Shown: positions 17,001 through 26,986 of the stretch, one piece after another
Position numbering within the stretch: the first letter of the stretch is position 1
Layout of the letters: every line of letters starts with the position of its first letter
Virus record (IMG/VR): IMGVR_UViG_3300045988_083627
Coordinates: 1 to 52,269 of that record
Reading direction: 5' to 3' (one strand)
Source: a virus
Length of the DNA: 52,269 nucleotides
Position numbers and translations under genes: made by a program
The notes under the pieces: model-generated
Seen by the model: the letters and a program-made list of their open reading frames with translations, nothing else
What the model was told of the DNA's origin: nothing
Database searches by the model: none

Positions 17001-20000
17001 TCAGTCAAAGAAATTGCTAAGTTGAAAGAACGTTGGGAGTACAAACTGCAAGAGCTGGCATCGTCTTCCGATCTTTGGAAAGCTTTAGTCCTTGACTTTC
17101 AAAATAACGGCAATGCCATCAATGAGATTCTCCTTGGCAATATGGGAATGAAAGAGAAATGTGATAGACTCGTTTCCCTTATCGGTAAATCGGCCCCTGG
17201 ACGTGTTGGATCCGATATCGACAGGAATCGCCAAAGCTGGGAAGTCCCCTCTATGTTGGTAGCAAATCCAAGAACCTTGACTATGAACAATATGTATATG
17301 ACCGATTTGGGTCATGGAGCTTGGTTAGATAACTTGAGTGATCTTAGTGATCGAATGGATGGATTCGTAAGCAAGAATCTTCTTGATATAAAACGAGACG
17401 TTAAGAAAACAATGACGTACTGCCAAAACAACGGTGTAAGCATCAGTGAGTATTTCTATGACGTGGCATCTGGAAAAGTTCAGATTTCCGTTTGCGATGT
17501 AAACACGTTAGCTAACGGTTTTGTTGCCGGTATTACTCCTACTTACAAATCGACTGAAAAGGGACAAAAAGAAGCAGCAGTTAATCATGGCTACAATACC
17601 GTTTCACTAATTGAGAATGGTGATGTCTTCTCCGATCTGGCTCAATGCGATGATGCTTATTTCAATAAGATTCCTGTAGACCGGCTGATTCGTAATCAAG
17701 TTATGTTGGTTAAAATTCTTACTGACCCAACGTTTTCCGTTGACATTTATGCTGGCGACTCTGATCCGACTACTATCAACCAAGAAGTCCTTTTTGGTCA
17801 TGTTTATCCTTCTGATGAAGAGATCTGGAAATTTTTGTTCAAACATGAACGTCTAGCGATGATGCTTAGGAAGACTTCGTTTAGCTCCAGTTATGATGGT
17901 GAAAGCACTTACAAAGCAGCATCGACGTTGCTAAGCACGATGCAGTCTTATAGTTCTCCAGATTTTCAGTCTGAGGAGTTGTTCAATCGAGCTCTTAATG
18001 CAGTTATCGATAGACCTTCTTTCCAGGCTGTTATGGCTATGTTCATCCCGGTAAAGGGTCAAAAAGGTTACAATGTTGCCCAGATGTACAAAGATAGAAT
18101 CGAATCTGTCATCAAGGGTATTGCTATGCTCGATGGTTTTTCGTATCAAGATATCAGGGCCAAGCTTGATGAAATCGCTCCAGAAATAGAAAACTTCAAA
18201 GAAGTAATCAATGAAGGAGATCTTAATAGGGATTATGGACTCATTGGTCCAGGCCAGCTACTCGATGAGTTTGCTGAGGCTCTTGTCGAGCTTTCTTCCG
18301 ATCTGCATAAGGCTGGAGTTGTTGACGAACTAGGAGAGTCATCTCTGTCCTGGGACGACATCATCTTTGAACCACAGAACCTGATCAACTTCCATAATCA
18401 GAAGCAGCTTTGGAGTGGAGCTAAAACAGCTACTTCAGTTGGTATCAACGGAGCAGAATCGCAGAGAAACGCAGCAATGGGCTGGCTTTCTACGGATGCC
18501 GGGAAAATCGAAGATTGCGGTGGTGGTACAACAACAAGAGTCTCGCTTGAGGAGGTTCAAGAAAACATCAGTGATTACAGAGGAGCTCATACTGTTTCTG
18601 GTATGGAAATCAATTCTGCAACCATTTATGATATTCAACCCGATCAAGATGGAATGATTGAGATTGTGGACAACTTCTCCTGCGAGAGCAAAGGTTGTTG
18701 CTGCCTTAAACACCAGACGGCTGATGCAACTTCGAATGAAGGTACACAAAACCAAACTACAGCTCATGGAGCCTATCTCGGAATCCTTCGTTCTGAAGGC
18801 GCTGAAGGTGGAAACCTTAAAGCAGTGTCGAACCCAGACGGAGTCGACTCCATTATCAAGATTCACATAATGGATGACTACATGAATGGGCAGTTTGAGC
18901 AGATTAAAGACAATGTCACCATACTTGCCGAGACTGGTGCAATTGGAGAAGCTCGAAAGATGCTGGCTAAATCTATGCAGGAGTGGAACTATAGCTGTGG
19001 ATATGATCAATTAGGTCTTCAGGATTACTACAATCTAGCGCACCTGCTCATCAGGGAAACAGAAGATGGTGTTCGTATTGTTTCGGTTGAGCAGTTGAAT
19101 CAGATTATTTCTGAGATTTCAATTCGGCTTCAGAAAGATCCTAAGTTCAAACCAAAAGATGATGACTGGTCGGTGGTATTAAACGAAGCTCTTGAGAACT
19201 GGAAGCCAAGAGGTAAAGTTGATATCGAGAAGGTACTCAACATGATCGAGGTTCCAAGTGTTTCGAACGTTTACAATAAAGGAATCTATCCTTATCTGTC
19301 TTCGTTTGACCGAAACGTTATGCTGATGGATGAGCTGACTGATAAGTATTTCCAACGAAATCCTAATGCTCGTGCATATTCGAAATATGAGCTTGATAAG
19401 ATCGCTCTGGCAATGGAGCAGAAACACTATAAGACTCCATTTGCTGCTTATGTTAAGTCTCATAAATACATACCAGCCAAAAAGAACAACAAGAAGAATA
19501 CCGCTGAAGATCAGAACGATAAAAACAAAAACGAAAAAGAGATGGCGAAGAAAAAGGAAAAAGGAAAAGTTATCGAGAATTATTATAAGAATACCTATCG
19601 ATTCTTTGGGTATTGTTCGTTGAATAATCTTGATTACACCGAGTATCCTGGTCCCAATATTGCTTGGGTTGTCGACAATTCGGCATCTCCTTCCGATGTT
19701 GAGAAAATGATTGAGATAGCAAAACTTAACGGAAACACTGTCTTTTTTGAAGAAAAGCTTCGCCTGGATTCTCAGGAAGTTATTTTCGATGAAGTTCAGA
19801 ATGGGTATGCTCGAATCAACTTAGGAGATAAAAAGGGTAGAGGTTACGTAGTTTCCTTCTTCGATCTCCAGTTGAACGGTCCGGCAAATCCTGAAGGATC
19901 TTTCAATGTCGGCGAATCGCGTTTTAGGCCAGAAGAGCTTGCTAGGTTTGTTTCTGATGAGCTTAATGAAAACAGAAACGGTGATGCTGGCCTTACTGTT

Positions 20001-21407
20001 ACAGAACACTATGCCAATCGTCAGAGAGTTCGAGCAACGAAACGCGAGGAGTTCTTCTGTCAGAATCTGTTTAGAGAACTGATAGATGATGGTATGTTCA
20101 ATTTCTCCGTAAGAATAGCCTCTGTCGCAGATATTAGGCAAATGCTTGAATGGGGACAGAATGGTGGTCCGGGATTCTGTATTGGAGTTGACCCTGATAA
20201 GTACCCTAAGGAGAGGGATCGCTTTTACGAAGCTGTTGCTAGATATTTAGCAAGACTTGATGAAGTATATGATGACGGGTTCCTACCTAGTGCTAGACCC
20301 GATGATATTATCGGATGGGCTATTGCTACAAAGGTAAATAAAGCTGGAGAGGCAGAAGATTACTGGGCCCCCATCCGCGCCTTCGACATCTATAGAGGCG
20401 AGGGCTCGTTCTCGGAATTTGACGTTGATTCGGTAGAATCACATATCAACGAGCGAGGATCTATTGTGGTCAACTACTCTATCGACACGTCGGTGCTCCA
20501 TCATCAATTCAAAATTTTCCAGGATGGTATGGCATCTAACAAGCTAACAAGCGATGGCGAGCCCATGGAAGATCGTCAGTTGAAAAATGGAACTTACCTC
20601 GATGGATACTTTAGCAAGGAATCTACTGAATCAAGAGAGTTGCTTTTGGCTAAAACAAATCCTATATCGACTCTTATGTGGGAATCCCGCCTTGAACCTT
20701 ATCTGTATAATCTTGCTGAGCTTACGGATACCTTCCCTAATAATCCAGACTTGAAGCAAAAGCTATTGAACGGCGATCAAATCACTTTTGATGAATGGAA
20801 TAAGTTCCTAGATAACGATGGAGCATTCTTCTCTGAGGCTTATATTTGGAACAATCCCCAGTGGGGTGATCAAGGTTCGGCAATTATGAACGCCTTCCTT
20901 AAACAAACTTGCCAGAAACTTATGAAGTGCGGAGTTGATCCAGCTACCTTCCTAAGTTCGAGAAACCAAACAGAAGGTCCAACTTACAAGTTCTTCAATT
21001 GGAACATCATGTATAAATCTTCCAACGCTTTCAAAGATTGTATGCTGGCGTTTCATCATTCGATGAATCCGTATCTCTGTCCTGAATATAGCTTAGCTGA
21101 ATACAATGGAGAACTGTTCAACGGTGAGCTTATGGTAGAAACCCCATTCAGAGGAACAGATGGAAAGATTCACTATCGTTGGCAGTATATGGTTACTGGT
21201 CTGCATTTCCTTGATTCTCATTTTGACTCAATGACTGGATTGGCTACTACCGGTAAAGTTTTCAGCGTACCCTCTTTGAACGCTATGACCCTTGGAGGCA
21301 GACCGTTGCGAAAAGATGAAGTTCCATATTATCTTGATTGGCAGAATAGAAACAGAAATGAAAATCAATCTGACGTATTTATTACTACAGATACTGATAT
21401 TCTGTAA
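14055..21407 (+). CDS. giant (2450 aa) virion RNA polymerase-like protein with a double-psi beta-barrel catalytic motif NADFDGD (crAss-like vRNAP / YonO-type)
   Basis: HKQYNADFDGDEMNVGFD matches the universal beta-prime Mg-binding motif; also VKGQKG; 7.35-kb uninterrupted ORF. Confidence 0.75.
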   Translation: MGGFSQDTHVNENLVGANREQNQGNALENIVESEANKKVPTLDVQVPEAQPQAQSQPQAQPQAQPQAQPQPPAQPPMFFSEADFQSFMDKANSIQSARREEPVDQTEDQTQGFLRPSVVAEGMQSSNQVLSEDEFNKLTQDTNKSLAGDNSLEQYEWKGLPEETRQAIMSGGFLTGDKQMDQMLINGYASKWANDQANKAYAQITNAQLERDAAAGHAEFLAAQEQSDAEKAAETKKNNEDLIIAGTSNQRVSGPKTSISNRALANSVEVRKSQLERSLDDYSEMGNEVHAQLSDNHSVPMDSVGVGIDLLMAAYLNGGKDIRNLVEKYTGLTPEDLSANIHELRSALYKTFSYKNQIRVPTAKYPVSEDPSAQSRIIICHSGQGIYVHPIVHKQYNADFDGDEMNVGFDEERGASIKKASDFFLSSANKALFDPSFFGMKRIFDPKSLGNDFTMVLKEKDIVNLVSSFSVTYFDQNFNNELTFKISNDEAKKIARLVNENYRYQIEAAQGKNVEERSIWEDLMREITNYAYNSVALPYADQVACRILEKLYNLSYDVRIFDATVLDYNNQYMGPMVPDQYSTDDLKPIEVSVPDPPTNFLDLMEAFGMPIGRREGKNVIFRITSNFGKEIKSIIETAADPSGWISPNQWKSVTDEVFTKMMSSRISHGDRKVAVNAYIRSRVIREVGVPNFGLIRQVSADGVVTQQGFEEWINNFAAAYNRMANVVNAANSQFTTDLKIINKTGIDYIKTINVDEYGTPLTLNELASPFLKVYGEYKMDRLFGAISIKASKRAEMAEDWRDCYNPAIHGQFTLARWIQVTRYASGSVTDKKGMNNVSPKAGPETFIRVLANLRSSYASRFNKQLEDALDKTAKQLRFFTKSNLINNPDYVAISEAMANNLMLLGPEVFEYFGLNTLDGFRFSTFGQELLNCVKAQPGYSMDPNKAADRLGGVWMKIMAAYRLDPIMRDKAAWIKAKNTPGKSVKEIAKLKERWEYKLQELASSSDLWKALVLDFQNNGNAINEILLGNMGMKEKCDRLVSLIGKSAPGRVGSDIDRNRQSWEVPSMLVANPRTLTMNNMYMTDLGHGAWLDNLSDLSDRMDGFVSKNLLDIKRDVKKTMTYCQNNGVSISEYFYDVASGKVQISVCDVNTLANGFVAGITPTYKSTEKGQKEAAVNHGYNTVSLIENGDVFSDLAQCDDAYFNKIPVDRLIRNQVMLVKILTDPTFSVDIYAGDSDPTTINQEVLFGHVYPSDEEIWKFLFKHERLAMMLRKTSFSSSYDGESTYKAASTLLSTMQSYSSPDFQSEELFNRALNAVIDRPSFQAVMAMFIPVKGQKGYNVAQMYKDRIESVIKGIAMLDGFSYQDIRAKLDEIAPEIENFKEVINEGDLNRDYGLIGPGQLLDEFAEALVELSSDLHKAGVVDELGESSLSWDDIIFEPQNLINFHNQKQLWSGAKTATSVGINGAESQRNAAMGWLSTDAGKIEDCGGGTTTRVSLEEVQENISDYRGAHTVSGMEINSATIYDIQPDQDGMIEIVDNFSCESKGCCCLKHQTADATSNEGTQNQTTAHGAYLGILRSEGAEGGNLKAVSNPDGVDSIIKIHIMDDYMNGQFEQIKDNVTILAETGAIGEARKMLAKSMQEWNYSCGYDQLGLQDYYNLAHLLIRETEDGVRIVSVEQLNQIISEISIRLQKDPKFKPKDDDWSVVLNEALENWKPRGKVDIEKVLNMIEVPSVSNVYNKGIYPYLSSFDRNVMLMDELTDKYFQRNPNARAYSKYELDKIALAMEQKHYKTPFAAYVKSHKYIPAKKNNKKNTAEDQNDKNKNEKEMAKKKEKGKVIENYYKNTYRFFGYCSLNNLDYTEYPGPNIAWVVDNSASPSDVEKMIEIAKLNGNTVFFEEKLRLDSQEVIFDEVQNGYARINLGDKKGRGYVVSFFDLQLNGPANPEGSFNVGESRFRPEELARFVSDELNENRNGDAGLTVTEHYANRQRVRATKREEFFCQNLFRELIDDGMFNFSVRIASVADIRQMLEWGQNGGPGFCIGVDPDKYPKERDRFYEAVARYLARLDEVYDDGFLPSARPDDIIGWAIATKVNKAGEAEDYWAPIRAFDIYRGEGSFSEFDVDSVESHINERGSIVVNYSIDTSVLHHQFKIFQDGMASNKLTSDGEPMEDRQLKNGTYLDGYFSKESTESRELLLAKTNPISTLMWESRLEPYLYNLAELTDTFPNNPDLKQKLLNGDQITFDEWNKFLDNDGAFFSEAYIWNNPQWGDQGSAIMNAFLKQTCQKLMKCGVDPATFLSSRNQTEGPTYKFFNWNIMYKSSNAFKDCMLAFHHSMNPYLCPEYSLAEYNGELFNGELMVETPFRGTDGKIHYRWQYMVTGLHFLDSHFDSMTGLATTGKVFSVPSLNAMTLGGRPLRKDEVPYYLDWQNRNRNENQSDVFITTDTDIL
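14195..14285 (+). repeat. tandem 12-nt repeat encoding (QPQA)n near the N-terminus of the giant RNAP-like protein
   Basis: The unit caacctcaagct is repeated about 6 times. Confidence 0.7.
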
Positions 21408-21430
21408 CAAGCAAGAGAAGGAGAAAAACT

Positions 21431-24400
21431 ATGCCCGGTAAGATGAGCGATGCGGTAAATGCAGCTATATCTAAATTAAATAATCAAAAAGGTAGTATTG
21501 GAGATATTACTACTGATAAAGGTTTTAATCCAAATGACCATGCATTCGACGGCTCAGATATACTTGCCGAGGTTTTGCGTAGGCATCAAGAAGGAGCTGG
21601 AGGGAGCAATGCCGGCGTAGCTCCTGATGCAAGCGCTCCTAAAATTGAGGCAGAAGCTGCAAAAAAACCAGTGGTTCATTCTACTGAGGAAAAGAAGCAA
21701 GCAACAGATTCAAAAGAAACTGACAAAGAATCAGATCGTCAAAATGAAGCTATCAGGCAAGACGATCATCAAGCTAACAATGATGAATCTGGGTTGGCTC
21801 CTAAAGTACAAACCTCCGAAGGGAGAGCTAGAGGAACCAGCTATCAAGATGCTGGTAGCAGTACGGCTCCTCCATCTGTTCCAATTCTTAAACCAAGAAC
21901 AACACCCGAAGAAGGATCTGATGACTTTGTTGGGCCGGTTAAGAATGTTGCTGCTTTAAGAGCATATGCACAGAGGCAGGCAGAAAAAGCCAAAAAGACG
22001 GCTCCAGCTACAGCTCCAATGACTGAAGACTTGCGCAAGAAGATTGCTGAAGCTGTTGCGAAAAAGTCGGGATATAAGAAAATGGGTCAAAAAACCCAAG
22101 ATTATATGAACCGTCAAGCTTTGACCGATGCCAAAAGAAAGCAACTTGTCGCTCAAAGGAAACTTGATAAGGTAATGGGCGATAAAGAAAATTCAGCAGC
22201 AAAACCGAAGCAAAGGTTTAATTTCAACAAGCTATCGGACTTGATGAAAGAGAAAACGAATAAAGACAAATCTAATGAGGTCGGACTCTCTAAGGACGAT
22301 TTAGAGCTTTTTAGTGTCTTTCAAAACGGCAAAATCATCGCTACGAAGATTCGCCTGAAACAAAACGAGAATGATCCAGAAATAGTTAAGGATGCTAAGA
22401 AAGCTACAGAGGTAACTGTTCCTTACAAAATTTCCTCTAATGCTCTTATTAATGAAGAAATCCTTAACAAGGTTGAGTCAAAATACCAGAAGAATATCGA
22501 CGAACTTTGGCAGACGATGGAAGACGACATGGAAATCAGAACTCGATCTAACGCCGAGAGGAGAGCTGAAGAGGCATCTCAAGCAGTTGCTGAAAAAGAA
22601 GAGAAGCTTACTGGTAAGAAGTCAGAAGCAGAATTCAATAAGTATGAACCCAATCTTTCTTATTTGAAAAATGTAGGAAAGGTTCAAGAAGAGGCACCTC
22701 AAGCTAGGGATGTTCCGACTAGCAAAATTGCGGACAACTTGAAAAACGAAGATACGCAAACTGATACAGCCATTGATTGGCTTCAAAACAACGTAGACAT
22801 CGGAAGTGTTGAGGTTAAACATAACCGAGATGATGAGGTATCAAAACGTACAAAAGCCATCAAAGATTCCTTCAGAAAAGGTTTTGGTGTTAAGTCTGAT
22901 GTAAAAGTAGAAGTAAACGTAGATCAAGCAAAAGAATATCTGCAAGCAAATACTGGAGCAGCAAAAGGCACAATTCGAATTCCTGGGTTGATGTCCCGCA
23001 AAACCTATGAAGGGATCAAAGAGCAAGGCAAAGACGAAGCCAAGAAAAAGAAAGAGAAGATAAAGGCTGCTCAAGACAAAAGAGTCAGTATCGAGAATCA
23101 GATCCAGGACATCAAGGCAAAGATCAAAGAAGCGAAAGAGAACACAGAAAAAGACGAGTTTGATAACGCCCAGATTTTCACATATGGAGCTCGACTTAGC
23201 GATCTAACAAAACAGAAGAAAAAAGCTGATTCCGAATACTTCAGCTTGGTCAACAACGGTAAGTTCAAGGGAGTGAAATTTACTGGTGTAGCAAACAAAA
23301 AATTCAATGAACAATTGAAGAACAAAAAAGCAGACAACAAGAAAGACGACAAAGATACAAAATCTTCTTCCAGAATTTATTGGAGCCAAAAGAAGAAAAA
23401 AGAAGAACAAGCCAAAAAGAATCAAATGAAAACAGTTACTTTGCATGATGAAACTTTTGAGCAAGAGTTAGTTTCTGCTTGTAGATTCTTCGGCTGGGAT
23501 CCGGAAGATGAATCTAAAAGAACTCTCGCAATGAAGTGCGCTGTTCTTTACTGCGGTATTTGCATTGATCGAAAAGGTAAGTTGTTTGATAAGAAGTTCA
23601 ACAATTATTACCTTGACGATAAAGTCTACATCGACGCATGGAATCAAATGAAAGCAAACCAACAAGCGCATGGGTTTCCTTTTCTCTATGCAAATACTAA
23701 TTATAAAATTGGTGGAAACTATCGCTTCCCCATGACCATGATGTCACCTGATATCTTAATGGCACTTACTCAAAAGGGAGCATTACTTGAAGGCTGGACT
23801 CCTTATGCTGTGGCAAAGCGAGGTTATAACGAGTTCTTGAACAAAGTAGCGCCTGCCATGTCAGTCAATGCAAAAGAAAATCAGAGACAGGTTATGCAGG
23901 ATCTCTTCCAGTTTGTTGCAGGTGAACTCGGCGATGCTCATCTTGATTCAGGTATAGCTCCTCGCGATTACTTCTCGATTAACGAGGCTTTCGATCCTTT
24001 GAACGATTATGCGATGCTGTTCCCGAATACCGAGGAACTTGTGCGCAACAATGAAAAGTGCAGACAGCGAGCATTAAGAGCTCAAGATAGAATTCAGTCG
24101 AAGAACACCAGAACAGTCAAAGGCGCCGATGGTTCATATCGAACCCTCAGAGACATTGCCATCAACTGCCCAGACGTCTTTGCAGAGGTAGTCAAAGTTC
24201 AGCGCGCTCAATCCCTTATCTTCGATATCACACTTGGAGCATCTTCTGCTCTTGAGCATTTGAAAGGAAATTTCTCTAACTCAATGGCGGCAAAACTCAT
24301 GCTTGCTGATATCGGAAAATCAGGTCCAACTGCTGCGACTTACGAGATTGCTAAAAGTAAAGAGTTCCAAGATATTCTTTTCGACGCCGTCCATCTACTC

Positions 24401-26986
24401 CAAATCGGAGGAAAGGATGGATTAAACTTTGCCATTTCCCAAGGATATACACTTGGCAGAGGAGACGCTCGGGAATACGCTCGAAAATTCCTTGTGTCAA
24501 AGGGTTTGTCGGAGAAGGAATCTGAGGATTACTTGAACATGTCCCCGGCAGAGCAAGCTGCTTTCCTGAAGCAGAACCAAGGAAAAATCCAATTGTGGAT
24601 TAACCGATATTCGGATTTTGCTGCTAATTTCGCTACCGGCGAATGGGTTTGCAAGGGAGGAGACTCTAAACGCTTTGTCGAGTTCCTTGCATACAATACC
24701 CAGAAATATGCAGACCATGGTGGAATGAACATAACTCCAGAACAAATGGAGCGAATGCTCATGCAAAACCCGCAGCAAACCATCACGCAGTTGATGCTTA
24801 GGCCCGAGGGGATGAACTCTCTCGTTATGACGATGGACTCCACTATTGGTGGAGTGAATCCTTTTACTGATTTTTGGGATGAGTTCATGGCTCGAAAAGG
24901 AATAGCAGATATTGCTTTTGCAAACTTTGTAACTTTGTTCCCTAAGTATGGGTTCATGGCAATAGGCAAGATCATGCCAATGTCTCATACCGGTATGTAT
25001 CTCGCATCAAAGGGATACTATGCAACGAAGTCAATGCTAATGGGCGGTGTTAAAGCTGGAGATATTCACGAAGCAGATACGAAGGATCGTCTTGACACCC
25101 TTATCGGAGGCAATGATTCTTTCATTAAGGGCTTGATGCAGAACGTTATTATGGACTTTGCCCAGCTTGGAACAAACGTAATGATGTTCCTTATCGAGGT
25201 TGGTTTCCTTTTGCTTACCGGAATCAAAGAACCTCCTGAGGACGACAAGAAATATGTTTACGAAGAGTGGAGACTGTTCACGAACATCATAGACGGCGGT
25301 GTTGCTATCAAACAAAACTGGTACCTCAATGAGTTCTTTGGAATCATCGGCGGTCCTGCTGCCGTGGCTGCTGCTGGAGCACTTGCTGGAGCAAGCTCTG
25401 ACGTTGCTTTCAAAACGTTCAAGTCTGGAACCTATGAGGTAATGATGAACACTGGTGTTTCCCAGGTTACGAAATTCTGCGAATGGATTACCGACTTTGA
25501 TCAATCTATGGTCATGGCACAGATCGACGGAAACAACAGCAACAGGGCTATTGGTGGAGACTATCTAGCCAATCAGATCCTGCTGACTTTTGCAAAGGGA
25601 GCTGTAAGCACTATCGAGCCTCGATTCATCAAGACTCTTTATAGTTCTCATTTCTTTGGTTCTCAAGATAACCTCGCGCATTCGACATCTCAAGTTTACG
25701 ATCCCGAATCGGAAGATGGAAGAACTATTCCAACGACGATGATTGACAGCATGATTCGTAGGTGGACCTACAATGACCCTGGTGCTGCCTTGGTTATGAA
25801 CACCATCACAGGAAACTGGTGGAACGAGGATGCAACTGGGTATCTTCGTGAGCAAATGCCTCTGATTACCGAGACTGATCCGACAAGTTCTATCTGGCAA
25901 AAACGATTCAGCGAAGTAGATGGAAGGGAGATTACCTGGGACTCTTCTGATGAGGATAAACAGATTGTAGTTGATCGCGTCCTTGATGCTTACAACACTT
26001 ACGGAGGTATTCAAGGCATGGTAAATGCGGGTATCGTTGTTCCGTACGTTACTCGATACTACGTAACTTCTTACCTTCAGGCTCAGAAGAACGCCAACTG
26101 GAATGCTCATTATGAGAGACAATACTCCCGAGGAGGATTCTCTTCTAATGAGGAAAAGGAAGCTTCGGTTGAAAACGTACAGAAGAGCAATGCAGCTCTC
26201 GACCAAAAGATTCAAGAATTCAAAGATAGTAAGCTTCCTTATTCAGCCTACAAACTTCATCGCTATGAAACTGATTACTGGAAAAACTATTATGCAGAAA
26301 ACGAAAATGGAGAGCGAGAGTATCTAACTCCCGATGAGTACCTTCTCAGAAAGCTCTCCGGCGACGACTCTGTTGTTAGAAACAACTACGCATCAGGCGA
26401 TCATAAGTCGGGACTGCCTCCTTACCTTATGGTTGACAATGATGCTGCTAGTAACTCTTTGGCGCCTTGGTATAACAAGGAAGCTGGGTTTGATCGAGAC
26501 CAGCTCCTCTCTGACATCGGAAACGAGAAGATAGAATTTGGTCAGAATAAGGGAAAGACTCTTGCTGAAACAATCGGAGCAGGCGACGGTGAGTGGGCTC
26601 CGACAACAGGTTCTCGTTCCAATGTTTCTGTAAAGAACCCGTTTAGCAACGATTATGAATGGCCTAAGCAATCAGACCCGAATCTTTTCACTGGAAACCT
26701 TGGCGAGAACGGCAAGAATAAAACCAGTGACGAATGGAAGCAGTCGAACAAATCCGGCACTAATGGATCGTCGGCTGGTTGGGGATATACTTCATCTCGT
26801 AGATACAGCAGATCTGGCGGATCTAGCCGAGCAGCTTCTCTCTACTCTCACCCGGCTTCTAGCCTCAGCACTGATCGACCTGTTACTATGTATAGCAAGA
26901 ACAGAAACTACACGAGGTACGATTACCTGCGTCCCGACTTCGAGACCAAGGGTAGCCGCGATGCTTACAAGAGATCGGATATCTAA
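21431..26986 (+). CDS. giant (1851 aa) virion protein; Lys/Glu-rich coiled-coil N-terminus, predicted TM segments, Ser/Arg/Tyr-rich C-terminal tail; candidate ejection or channel-forming cargo protein
   Basis: AAGGAGA ribosome-binding site; hydrophobic segments NVMMFLIEVGFLLLTGI and GIIGGPAAVAAAGALAGA; stop overlaps the portal start (TAATG). Confidence 0.6.
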   Translation: MPGKMSDAVNAAISKLNNQKGSIGDITTDKGFNPNDHAFDGSDILAEVLRRHQEGAGGSNAGVAPDASAPKIEAEAAKKPVVHSTEEKKQATDSKETDKESDRQNEAIRQDDHQANNDESGLAPKVQTSEGRARGTSYQDAGSSTAPPSVPILKPRTTPEEGSDDFVGPVKNVAALRAYAQRQAEKAKKTAPATAPMTEDLRKKIAEAVAKKSGYKKMGQKTQDYMNRQALTDAKRKQLVAQRKLDKVMGDKENSAAKPKQRFNFNKLSDLMKEKTNKDKSNEVGLSKDDLELFSVFQNGKIIATKIRLKQNENDPEIVKDAKKATEVTVPYKISSNALINEEILNKVESKYQKNIDELWQTMEDDMEIRTRSNAERRAEEASQAVAEKEEKLTGKKSEAEFNKYEPNLSYLKNVGKVQEEAPQARDVPTSKIADNLKNEDTQTDTAIDWLQNNVDIGSVEVKHNRDDEVSKRTKAIKDSFRKGFGVKSDVKVEVNVDQAKEYLQANTGAAKGTIRIPGLMSRKTYEGIKEQGKDEAKKKKEKIKAAQDKRVSIENQIQDIKAKIKEAKENTEKDEFDNAQIFTYGARLSDLTKQKKKADSEYFSLVNNGKFKGVKFTGVANKKFNEQLKNKKADNKKDDKDTKSSSRIYWSQKKKKEEQAKKNQMKTVTLHDETFEQELVSACRFFGWDPEDESKRTLAMKCAVLYCGICIDRKGKLFDKKFNNYYLDDKVYIDAWNQMKANQQAHGFPFLYANTNYKIGGNYRFPMTMMSPDILMALTQKGALLEGWTPYAVAKRGYNEFLNKVAPAMSVNAKENQRQVMQDLFQFVAGELGDAHLDSGIAPRDYFSINEAFDPLNDYAMLFPNTEELVRNNEKCRQRALRAQDRIQSKNTRTVKGADGSYRTLRDIAINCPDVFAEVVKVQRAQSLIFDITLGASSALEHLKGNFSNSMAAKLMLADIGKSGPTAATYEIAKSKEFQDILFDAVHLLQIGGKDGLNFAISQGYTLGRGDAREYARKFLVSKGLSEKESEDYLNMSPAEQAAFLKQNQGKIQLWINRYSDFAANFATGEWVCKGGDSKRFVEFLAYNTQKYADHGGMNITPEQMERMLMQNPQQTITQLMLRPEGMNSLVMTMDSTIGGVNPFTDFWDEFMARKGIADIAFANFVTLFPKYGFMAIGKIMPMSHTGMYLASKGYYATKSMLMGGVKAGDIHEADTKDRLDTLIGGNDSFIKGLMQNVIMDFAQLGTNVMMFLIEVGFLLLTGIKEPPEDDKKYVYEEWRLFTNIIDGGVAIKQNWYLNEFFGIIGGPAAVAAAGALAGASSDVAFKTFKSGTYEVMMNTGVSQVTKFCEWITDFDQSMVMAQIDGNNSNRAIGGDYLANQILLTFAKGAVSTIEPRFIKTLYSSHFFGSQDNLAHSTSQVYDPESEDGRTIPTTMIDSMIRRWTYNDPGAALVMNTITGNWWNEDATGYLREQMPLITETDPTSSIWQKRFSEVDGREITWDSSDEDKQIVVDRVLDAYNTYGGIQGMVNAGIVVPYVTRYYVTSYLQAQKNANWNAHYERQYSRGGFSSNEEKEASVENVQKSNAALDQKIQEFKDSKLPYSAYKLHRYETDYWKNYYAENENGEREYLTPDEYLLRKLSGDDSVVRNNYASGDHKSGLPPYLMVDNDAASNSLAPWYNKEAGFDRDQLLSDIGNEKIEFGQNKGKTLAETIGAGDGEWAPTTGSRSNVSVKNPFSNDYEWPKQSDPNLFTGNLGENGKNKTSDEWKQSNKSGTNGSSAGWGYTSSRRYSRSGGSSRAASLYSHPASSLSTDRPVTMYSKNRNYTRYDYLRPDFETKGSRDAYKRSDI

